From Thalassobaculaceae bacterium (GTDB lineage: Bacteria; Pseudomonadota; Alphaproteobacteria; Thalassobaculales; Thalassobaculaceae): a stretch of 64,000 bases of DNA. The notes below the pieces were generated by a model, which saw nothing but the letters and a program-made list of their open reading frames with translations, ran no database searches and was not told the DNA's origin. The stretch lies in assembly GCA_965228875.1 (NCBI GenBank), contig OZ245843.1, positions 2,090,616-2,154,615 on the forward strand. The letters are read 5' to 3'. Position 1 is the stretch's first letter, and the number at the start of each line of letters is the position of its first letter. This document shows, one piece after another, positions 56,264-64,000 of the stretch. Made by a program: the position numbers and the translations under genes.

Positions 56264-57118
56264 CTATCTAGCCAGCATCATCGGCACCGACCCTTCGCTC
56301 AAGGCGTCGTCGGTCACGCCGCCCATCACGAACTCGCGCACGCGGCTGTGGCTGTAGGCGCCGATCAGGATCAGGTCGGCATGTTGCTTGCCGGCCTCGA
56401 CCTCCAACGTGGCGGCGACGCCGGCCCTGTCCATCTCGGCTTTGACGGCGTCCGCCTCGATGCCGTTGCAGCGCAGCGTCGTGGCCAGTTCCTCCGGGTT
56501 GGCGGAGACGTCGCCGTCGTCGACGGTGACGACCACGACCCGCTTCGATCGGGTCAGCAGCGGCATGGACATGGACACCGCCCGCGCCGCCTCGGCCGAG
56601 CCGTTCCAGGCGAGGACAATCGTCGTTGCGATGCTCTCGATCTCGGCATCGGGCACCAGGATCACCGGTCGACCGGCCTCCATCACGGCGATTTCGAGCA
56701 GCGCGGCGCGATCCGGGCTCACGTCCTTCGGCGCACGGGCGCAGATCACGGCGTCGCATACCCGCTCGGCCGCGACCTCGACGCCGGGAACGGGGCCGAC
56801 AAGGGCCTCGAACGTGGCGGTCAGGCCTCCGCTGTCCGGCGCCGCGCCGACCTTCGCGCCCGAAGCGTCGACCCAGGCGTCGAATGTCTGCTTCGCGGTC
56901 TCCTCGCGCTCCTTGGCGCCCTGCTCCGCCGCCGACATGACCTCGTCGATCATGGCGGCCCCGAATCCCTCGCCCACGATCGGAAGGACGTCGCGGGGGT
57001 CGCGACGCAGCACGCGTGCGTCCACGTACCCGCCGGTATCGGCAAGCAGCTTGCCCGCCGCGTCGAGCGCCGAGCGGTCGCCGAGTTCACCCAACAGCGG
57101 AACGAAGATCCGTTTCAT
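56264..57118 (-). CDS. Universal stress protein (tandem USP)
   Basis: GRPVILVP, LAWNGSAEAARA, DLILIGAYSHSRVREFVMGGVT. Confidence 0.9.
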   Translation of the reverse strand: MKRIFVPLLGELGDRSALDAAGKLLADTGGYVDARVLRRDPRDVLPIVGEGFGAAMIDEVMSAAEQGAKEREETAKQTFDAWVDASGAKVGAAPDSGGLTATFEALVGPVPGVEVAAERVCDAVICARAPKDVSPDRAALLEIAVMEAGRPVILVPDAEIESIATTIVLAWNGSAEAARAVSMSMPLLTRSKRVVVVTVDDGDVSANPEELATTLRCNGIEADAVKAEMDRAGVAATLEVEAGKQHADLILIGAYSHSRVREFVMGGVTDDALSEGSVPMMLAR

Positions 57119-57235
57119 CTCATGCCTCCATGGCCGGTCGGCGAGCGGGCCATCTCCCGTCGCATGAGAACGCTAGGCCATGCCTCTGCGGCGAACCTTG
57201 ATGCAGATCAACCGATGCGCACGACCCCGAACCGG

Positions 57236-57862
57236 TCAGGGAAACAGGCGCTGGACGCTCCAGGGCTGGCCCTCTCCCTGGCGGGTGAAGACGAAGCGGT
57301 CATGCAAGCGGAAAGCGCCGTCGTGCCAGAACTCGATCCGCAGCGGCGCCAGCCGGTATCCCGACCAGTAGGGCGGACGGGGCACGGTCTCGCCGGGATA
57401 CTCGGCGTCGAACCGCTCGACAGCGGCCATCAGCGTCTGCCGGTCGGCCAGCGGGCGCGACTGCTGCGAGGCCCAGGCGCCGATCCGGCTGTTGCGCGCC
57501 CGACTGGCATAGTAGGCATCGGCTTCGGCCGGGGTGACGGGGGTCACGGGCCCCTCGAAGCGGACCTGACGGCGCAGCGACTTCCAGTGGAACAGCAGCG
57601 CGGCGAACGGGTTGACCGTCAGTTCCGAGCCCTTCTGGCTTTCGGTGTTGGTGTAGAAGACCACGCCGTGCTCGTCGAAATCCTTCATCAGCACGATCCG
57701 CGCCGAGGGCCGGCCGTCGGTGCCCGCCGTGGCCAGCGTCATGGCGTTGGCATCGTTGACCTCGCTGGCCTCGGCGTCGGCGAACCAGATCCGGAACTGC
57801 TTGAACGGGTCCCCGGTCTGCGGTTCGAACATCGCTCCGGCGTCACTCCCTGATTCACTCAT
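57236..57862 (-). CDS. pdxH: Pyridoxine/pyridoxamine 5'-phosphate oxidase
   Basis: AMTLAT, RIVLMK, FYTN.ES.KG, RQVR, GAWASQQS, EFW...RLHDR. Confidence 0.95.
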   Translation of the reverse strand: MSESGSDAGAMFEPQTGDPFKQFRIWFADAEASEVNDANAMTLATAGTDGRPSARIVLMKDFDEHGVVFYTNTESQKGSELTVNPFAALLFHWKSLRRQVRFEGPVTPVTPAEADAYYASRARNSRIGAWASQQSRPLADRQTLMAAVERFDAEYPGETVPRPPYWSGYRLAPLRIEFWHDGAFRLHDRFVFTRQGEGQPWSVQRLFP

Positions 57863-58161
57863 GGTCACATCCCTTCGATGCGGGTTCCGAGATCGGCTAT
57901 GGGTCTTCAACAGCGTCAGACTGACGCCATATTTAGCATCGATTCATGATAAAACTCGCCATGGCGACGGAATATCGCGGCCGGTAAAGGGGTCCAAGGG
58001 TGCAGGGGTCCAAGACTGCGACGGATTTCCGCAGCCGGCACGTTGCAGTCACGGAATGCCACGATCTCCGGGCCCGACACGCGTCGGGCTATCGGGTGGG
58101 GAAGTTGGGGAACCGGCTCGCACGCCAAGCGTCGAGCCTTTCGCGAAAGGTAACCAGAACC

Positions 58162-58629
58162 ATGATCCGCAAGACCGCAATTGTCAGCGTCGTCGCGTTG
58201 AGTCTCGCAGCCTGCGCCGATTCCGGACAGAAGCAGACCGGCGGCGCCCTGCTCGGCGGTATAGGCGGCGCCATCGCCGGCGCCCAGTTCGGCCAGGGCA
58301 AGGGACAGCTCGCCGCCGTCGCCGCCGGCACCCTGCTCGGCGCGCTCATCGGCAGCGAGGTGGGCAAATCGCTGGATCGCGCCGACCGCGCGGCGATGGC
58401 CGAGACCACGCAGGCCAGCCTCGAGACCCAGCCGAGCGGCTCGACCTCGACCTGGCGCAACCCCGATTCAGGGAACTACGGGACGGTGACGCCGCAGCCG
58501 GCCTACCAGACCGATTCGGGGCAGTACTGTCGCGAGTACCAGCAGACGGTCACGGTCGGCGGCCAGACCGAGAACGCCTACGGCACCGCCTGTCGCCAGC
58601 CGGACGGATCGTGGAAGGTGATGAACTGA
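58162..58629 (+). CDS. Glycine-zipper 17-kDa surface antigen-like lipoprotein
   Basis: Lipobox LAAC; Gly zipper; [26 protein letters not shown]. Confidence 0.88.
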   Translation: MIRKTAIVSVVALSLAACADSGQKQTGGALLGGIGGAIAGAQFGQGKGQLAAVAAGTLLGALIGSEVGKSLDRADRAAMAETTQASLETQPSGSTSTWRNPDSGNYGTVTPQPAYQTDSGQYCREYQQTVTVGGQTENAYGTACRQPDGSWKVMN

Positions 58630-58789
58630 CGTCGACGCGCGGCCCGTTCCTACAAACGCTTGATCCCGGACGACCTCTGGTCGGACACTGCGGCCTCCTA
58701 TATCTGTTAGAGGGTTGTCCGGCGATGGCGAGGCGCGAGGCCGCGTTCCGGATTGAGCGATCCGGCGATCGACCGACGGGAGCCGGCCG

Positions 58790-59788
58790 ATGAGCGATCC
58801 GTACAAGGTGCTCGGCGTCAGCACGTCCGCCAGCCAGGACGAGATCAAGGCGGCGTATCGCAAGCTGGCGAAGAAGTATCACCCCGATCTCAACCAGGGT
58901 GACGAAGCGGTCGCGCGACAGTTCCAGGAGATCAGCACCGCCTATGACTTGCTGGGCGACCCGGCCAAGCGCAAACGCTACGACCGCGGCCAGATCGACC
59001 CGGACGGCCGCGAGCGCCGCGGCCGCGGCAGCTTTTGGACCAAGGGCTGGAAGGCGCGCAGCGGCTATACCGGGGACGCCGGATCCAAGCGGGGCAATAC
59101 CTTCGATTTCGACGACGATTTCGAGTTCGAGCCGGGCAGCGGCGACCCCATCGACGAGATCCTCAAGCAGTGGCGGGCGAGCAAGACCGGCGCCGGCGGA
59201 TCCGAGCGACCGGCGGGTGGCGCCGGAGCGGGAGCACGCACCGGACCGAAGAAGTCGTCCCAGGACCTGCGCTACCGACTGAAGGTTCCGTTCATCGAGG
59301 CGGTGGCCGGGATCAAGAAGCGGGTGACCCTGAGCGACGGAAAAGTGGTCAACCTGACCATTCCGCCGGCGACCGAGGACGGAACCGTCCTGCGCCTGAA
59401 GGGTCAGGGCAAGCCGGCCAGCGGCGCCCTGCCCGCCGGCGATGCGTATCTGGAGCTCAACGTCGACCCGCACCCGCATTTCACACGCGACGGCAACGAC
59501 ATCCTCCTCGATCTGCCGATCAGCCTGCAGGAGGCCCTGCTCGGCGCCAGCGTCACCGTGCCGACGGTGCATGGATCGGTCTCGCTGAAGATCCCCAAAG
59601 GCTCCAACGGCGGCAAACGGATGCGCCTGCGCGGCAAAGGGGTACCGGCCAAGGGCGGCGGCGAGGCCGGCGACCAGTACGTCACTCTACGCCTGGTGCT
59701 GCCGGATACACCCGATGCCGAACTGACCCAGTTCATCGAGAGATGGGGCAGCACCCACGCCTACAACCCGCGCAAGCACCTCACCTGA
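58790..59788 (+). CDS. DnaJ class II (CbpA-like) co-chaperone
   Basis: J-domain with HPD; C-terminal LRLKGQG / RLRGKG; no CxxCxGxG zinc finger. Confidence 0.9.
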   Translation: MSDPYKVLGVSTSASQDEIKAAYRKLAKKYHPDLNQGDEAVARQFQEISTAYDLLGDPAKRKRYDRGQIDPDGRERRGRGSFWTKGWKARSGYTGDAGSKRGNTFDFDDDFEFEPGSGDPIDEILKQWRASKTGAGGSERPAGGAGAGARTGPKKSSQDLRYRLKVPFIEAVAGIKKRVTLSDGKVVNLTIPPATEDGTVLRLKGQGKPASGALPAGDAYLELNVDPHPHFTRDGNDILLDLPISLQEALLGASVTVPTVHGSVSLKIPKGSNGGKRMRLRGKGVPAKGGGEAGDQYVTLRLVLPDTPDAELTQFIERWGSTHAYNPRKHLT

Positions 59789-59827
59789 GAGTCGGTCCCG
59801 ATCCGTCACCGACGGCACCGGCTGCGA

Positions 59828-61231
59828 TCAGTCCGCTTCGCCGCCCGACTCCGGCCGTCTGGGCATCGCGACGACGCCGTTGTCCGTCGCGCGGGTACTG
59901 CCGATCGCGACGTCGATGACCTCCGCCAGCGACGGTCCGAGAATGCGCGCCTCCGCCGCGCCAAGCTGGCGCAGAAGGGCGGGCACCGGGCCGAGCCGGG
60001 CGTCAAGCGCCTGGGCGACCTCCGCCTCCTCCTCGTCTCGCGCTCCGTCATGGCCGAGCGAGACGCCGAGATCGCGCGCCAGCGCGGCGACACTGGTGTG
60101 GCGCAGGTCGCGCGCCAGCGCGAAACCCTCCTCGTCGGTGGCCGCGATGTAGCCCCGCGCCCGCAGCGCCTCGACGACGGCATCCCGCGCGTCCAGCGGC
60201 ACCGCGTCGGCCAGCGCCTCGGCATCGACCACGCCGCCGGAGCGGGCCTTGGTCGCGATCGCCGCCAGCAGCGCGACCGCCGCCTCCAGGCGCAGCGCCG
60301 GCGACAGCGCCAACGCGACCTTGGGATCGCGGGAGCGCCACCACTCGGGGAACGAGGCGGCGAACACCGCGCCGAACAGAACGATGGTCCAGGACAGGTA
60401 GAGCCAGATCAGGAAGATCGGGATCACCGCCATCGCGCCGTAGATCGTCTGATAGGTCGGAAACGAGGTCAGATAGGCGCGGAACCCCCATTTCAGGATC
60501 TCCAGCGCGACCCCGCTGATCGCGCCACCGATCAGCGCGTCGCGCAGCCGGACCTGGCGGGCCGGAACCACCATGAACATGGCGGTGAAGGCCACGGTCT
60601 GCAGCACCACGGCAACGATCCGATCCAGCACACCGAGCCCGCCGGAGAGTTCGATCGGCACCAGCGCCGCCCCTTCCGATGCGAGGCTGCGGATGCCGGA
60701 GAACATGTCCGTGGTCAGCGAGAAACTGGCCCCCAGCAGCAGCGGACCCAGCGTCAGCATGGTCCAGAAGATCAGCAGCCGGGTGACCACCGGACGGGCG
60801 CGCTCGACCCGCCAGATCCGGTTGAATGTGCTCTCGATCGTGGCCAGCAGCAGCACCGCCGACACGCCCAGCGCGACCACGCCGACCGCCGTCAGGTTGG
60901 TGGTGTTTCGGGTGAAGCCGCTCAGGTAGCCGCGCACCTCGTCCCCGACCTCGGGCACCAGGTTCTCGAACAGCGTCGCCTCGAGACGATCCTGGATCGC
61001 CTCGAAGGCCGGAAAGGCGGAGAAGATGGCGAAGGCGATGGCCAGAAGCGGCACCAGCGCCAGCAGCGTCGTGTAGGTCAGCGCCCCGGCCGCCTGCGCG
61101 CCCTGATCGGCGTAGAAACGCCGCACCGCGAAGGCCACGTAGTGGGCGATGTCCTTGGCGATTCGCGTGCCGCGGTCGACCCGCCAGTCGTCGAGCCGGG
61201 TTCCGGAAGCGGAATTTGACGGTGATTCCAT
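59828..61231 (-). CDS. YihY/BrkB family inner membrane protein with C-terminal wHTH-like extension
   Basis: LTYTTLLALVP, IESTFNRIW, YQTIYGA...PIFLIWLY. Confidence 0.88.
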   Translation of the reverse strand: MESPSNSASGTRLDDWRVDRGTRIAKDIAHYVAFAVRRFYADQGAQAAGALTYTTLLALVPLLAIAFAIFSAFPAFEAIQDRLEATLFENLVPEVGDEVRGYLSGFTRNTTNLTAVGVVALGVSAVLLLATIESTFNRIWRVERARPVVTRLLIFWTMLTLGPLLLGASFSLTTDMFSGIRSLASEGAALVPIELSGGLGVLDRIVAVVLQTVAFTAMFMVVPARQVRLRDALIGGAISGVALEILKWGFRAYLTSFPTYQTIYGAMAVIPIFLIWLYLSWTIVLFGAVFAASFPEWWRSRDPKVALALSPALRLEAAVALLAAIATKARSGGVVDAEALADAVPLDARDAVVEALRARGYIAATDEEGFALARDLRHTSVAALARDLGVSLGHDGARDEEEAEVAQALDARLGPVPALLRQLGAAEARILGPSLAEVIDVAIGSTRATDNGVVAMPRRPESGGEAD

Positions 61232-61335
61232 ACGTCCATCCTAGCACGCCGAGGACCGGGCGCGCTCGCTTGCGGGCGATGGGCGATGGTGTAGGATGCG
61301 GGACTGCCTTCTGACCGGCGATATCGAGGACTTAC

Positions 61336-62148
61336 ATGACTAAGGACCCCCGCATCATGGCGGGCAAGCGCGGCCTGATCATGGGCGTCGCGAACGACCG
61401 TTCCATCGCCTGGGGCATCGCGAAGGCGGCCGCCGACCAGGGCGCCGAACTGGGTTTCACCTATATGGGCGACGCCCTCGAGAAACGGGTCCGGCCGCTC
61501 GCCGACCAGGTGGGCAGCAGCCTGGTCGAGCCGTGCGACGTGACCGACGAGGCGAGTGTCGACCGGGTGTTCGAGCGGGTCGGCGCGGCCTGGGGCGCGA
61601 TCGATTTCGTCGTCCACGCCATCGCCTACTCCGACAAGGAGGAGCTGAAGGGCAAGTATCTCGACACGTCGCGGGAGAACTTCCTGCGCACGCTGGACAT
61701 CTCCTGCTATTCCTTCACCTCGGTCGCCAAGCGGGCGGCGCCCCTGATGGCCGACGGTGGCAGCCTGCTCACGCTGACCTATTACGGGGCGGAGCGGGTA
61801 ATGCCGCACTACAACGTCATGGGCGTGGCCAAGGCCGCGCTGGAGGCGAGCGTCCGTTACCTCGCCGTCGACATGGGCGACCAGAACGTGCGGGTGAACG
61901 GTCTGTCCGCCGGTCCGATGAAGACCCTGGCCGCCTCGGGTATCGGCGATTTCCGCTACATCCTGAAGTGGAATCAGTACAACTCGCCCTTGCGCCGCAA
62001 CGTGACCCTGGAAGATGTCGGCGGCGCCGGCGTCTACCTGCTGTCCGACCTCTCGACCGGCGTGACCGGCGAGGTCCACCACGTCGACTGCGGCTACAAC
62101 ATCGTCGGCATGAAGGCGGTGGACGCCCCCGACATCTCCGTCGTCTGA
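61336..62148 (+). CDS. fabI: Enoyl-ACP reductase
   Basis: GVANDRSIAWGIA, YNVMGVAKAALE, AGPMKTLAA. Confidence 0.96.
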   Translation: MTKDPRIMAGKRGLIMGVANDRSIAWGIAKAAADQGAELGFTYMGDALEKRVRPLADQVGSSLVEPCDVTDEASVDRVFERVGAAWGAIDFVVHAIAYSDKEELKGKYLDTSRENFLRTLDISCYSFTSVAKRAAPLMADGGSLLTLTYYGAERVMPHYNVMGVAKAALEASVRYLAVDMGDQNVRVNGLSAGPMKTLAASGIGDFRYILKWNQYNSPLRRNVTLEDVGGAGVYLLSDLSTGVTGEVHHVDCGYNIVGMKAVDAPDISVV

Positions 62149-62168
62149 CCGCAAGCGGGGCGTAAATC

Positions 62169-63260
62169 ATGGCCAGCAACGGGTTCGGCCAGATCTTCCG
62201 GGTCTCGACCTGGGGGGAGAGCCACGGACCGGCGATCGGGTGTGTGATCGACGGGGTGCCGCCGCGCATCCCGCTGAGCGAGGCCGACATCCAGCACGAC
62301 CTCGACCGTCGCCGGCCCGGCCAGTCGCGCCACACCACCCAGCGGCGCGAACCCGACGAGGTCGAAATCCTCTCGGGCGTGTTCGAAGGCCAGACCACCG
62401 GCACTCCGGTCAGTCTGGTGATCCACAACCGGGATCAGCGCTCCAAGGATTACGGCGAGATCAAGGACCGCTACCGTCCCGGCCACGCCGACTACACTTA
62501 CGACGCCAAGTACGGCATCCGCGACTATCGTGGCGGCGGCCGATCCTCGGCACGCGAGACCGCCATGCGGGTCGCCGCCGGTGCCGTCGCCAAGAAGATC
62601 CTGTCGCGACGGCTCGGCAACGCCTTTTCGGTGCGCGGTGCCCTGGTCCAGGTCGGCCCGCACGCCGTCGACCGCGCGCGCTGGGACTGGGCCGAGGTCG
62701 AGAACAACCCGTTCTTCTGTCCCGATCCGGTCGCCGCCGGCGAGTGGGAGAGCTTCCTGGACGGCGTCCGCAAGGCCGGCTCCTCGGCCGGTGCGGTGAT
62801 CGAGACCGTGGCCACCGGTGTGCCGCCCGGACTGGGAGAGCCGGTCTACGGCAAGCTCGACACCGACCTTACGGCGGCAATGATGAGCATCAACGCGGTC
62901 AAGGGCGTCGAGATCGGCGACGGTTTCGCCGCCGCCTCGATCCCCGGTCACGAGGCCTCCGACGAGATGCGGATGCAGGACGGCAAGCCGGTGTTCCTGT
63001 CGAACCACGCCGGCGGCATCCTCGGCGGCATCTCGAGCGGCCAGGACGTCGTGGTGCGTTTCGTGGTGAAGCCGACATCGTCGATTCTGACGCCGCGCGC
63101 CTCCATCGACCGCTTCGGTAACGAGGTGGAGGTGGTGACAAAGGGCCGACACGACCCCTGCGTCGGCATCCGCGCCGTTCCGGTGGGCGAAGCGATGATG
63201 GCCTGCGTGCTTCTCGATCACCTGATGCGTCACGAGGCACAGGTCGGGCCGATCGGCTGA
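62169..63260 (+). CDS. aroC: Chorismate synthase
   Basis: [40 protein letters not shown]. Confidence 0.97.
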   Translation: MASNGFGQIFRVSTWGESHGPAIGCVIDGVPPRIPLSEADIQHDLDRRRPGQSRHTTQRREPDEVEILSGVFEGQTTGTPVSLVIHNRDQRSKDYGEIKDRYRPGHADYTYDAKYGIRDYRGGGRSSARETAMRVAAGAVAKKILSRRLGNAFSVRGALVQVGPHAVDRARWDWAEVENNPFFCPDPVAAGEWESFLDGVRKAGSSAGAVIETVATGVPPGLGEPVYGKLDTDLTAAMMSINAVKGVEIGDGFAAASIPGHEASDEMRMQDGKPVFLSNHAGGILGGISSGQDVVVRFVVKPTSSILTPRASIDRFGNEVEVVTKGRHDPCVGIRAVPVGEAMMACVLLDHLMRHEAQVGPIG

Positions 63261-63345
63261 CCGCCGCGAGCGTCCTCCGCATTCGACAGCGGCCCATGGC
63301 TGCCCGTATTGTGGCTGGGATTCCGGACCCGCCCGCCGAGGACCC

Positions 63346-64000
63346 ATGCGCCGTTTCATCGTCGGATTCTTCGCCTCTATCGGGGTGCTCGCCATCATCG
63401 CCGTCGCGGCGTTGGTCGCCGCCGGGCTGTGGTGGGCAGACACGTTCGAGCGCGACGAGCCGCTGCCGCAGCGGGTCGTCCTGAAGCTTGAATTCTCCGG
63501 CGAGGTCGAGGAGTCCCCGGCCTATCCGGCGCTGGCCGGTCTGCTCGACGACGCGGCCCCCCTGTCGGTCCTCGATTACGTGGACGCGCTGGACCGGGCG
63601 GCGGCCGACGACCGCGTGACGGCCCTGTTCGCCGACCTCTCCAACCTGTCCCTCGGCATCGCCCAGGCGCAGGAGCTCCGGGCCGCAGTGTTCCGCTTCC
63701 GCAGCGCCGGCAAGACCGCCATCGCCTTCGCCGACAGCTTCGAGACGACGGGAAACGGCCCCTACTACCTCGCCAGCGCGTTCGACCGGATCTGGCTGCA
63801 GCCATCCGGCATGCTGGCCCTCACCGGCCTGCAGATGGAGTTCCCGTTCGCCGCCGGCCTTCTCGACCGGGCGGGCCTGCGCGCCGAGTTCGAGCAGCGC
63901 TACGAGTACAAGGGTGCTGCCAGCGCCGTCACCGCGTACCGCATGCCGGCAGCACTTCGCGAGAACATGACCCGGGTGGCGGAATCGCTGTTCGGCCAGG
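63346..64000 (+). CDS. sppA: Signal peptide peptidase SppA (3'-truncated by window edge)
   Basis: N-terminal TM; AAADDRV.G, AQAQELR.AV.RFR..GK, YYLASAFDRIWLQP.G, EYKGAA. Frame open to the window end. Confidence 0.85.
   Translation, partial: MRRFIVGFFASIGVLAIIAVAALVAAGLWWADTFERDEPLPQRVVLKLEFSGEVEESPAYPALAGLLDDAAPLSVLDYVDALDRAAADDRVTALFADLSNLSLGIAQAQELRAAVFRFRSAGKTAIAFADSFETTGNGPYYLASAFDRIWLQPSGMLALTGLQMEFPFAAGLLDRAGLRAEFEQRYEYKGAASAVTAYRMPAALRENMTRVAESLFGQ

Overview
GC-rich bacterial chromosome segment whose gene content (fabI-aroC-sppA, pdxH, a PleC/DivJ-like kinase, sigma-54 promoters) suggests an alphaproteobacterium; this is inference. It has four parts. (1) 1-5.2 kb: a LuxP-like AI-2 binding protein coupled to a LuxQ-like sensor kinase, then a TPR-glycosyltransferase. 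(2) 5.4-20.8 kb: a C-N hydrolase catabolic cluster with a carbamoylase, two small-subunit+amidase pairs, a variant asparaginase, a cysteine hydrolase, a Dpp-type ABC importer and two DMT transporters, plus a repeated GntR-type operator and a sigma-54 promoter. (3) 21146-43239: a ~22 kb island integrated in tRNA-Val(GAC), bounded by 45-bp direct repeats with candidate integrase arm sites. It carries a tyrosine integrase and a dense defence block (type III Res, GmrSD, type III Mod, a nonsense-split ORF, a RelE-like/UvrD helicase, a DUF6946-like nuclease, an AbiJ-like HEPN protein). It also carries a serine resolvase, a pC194/Rep_1-like HUH rolling-circle initiator with a divergent unannotated RHH gene and a dso-like motif, a Ner/XRE switch, a nonsense-split ADP-ribosyltransferase-like ORF and a decayed copy of part of the repressor. 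No capsid, conjugation or transposase genes were recognised. (4) 43.5-64 kb: mostly housekeeping and transport genes. The strongest candidate for an undescribed system is the integrative, rolling-circle-type defence element. All family assignments are by eye from motifs and none were checked by database search.
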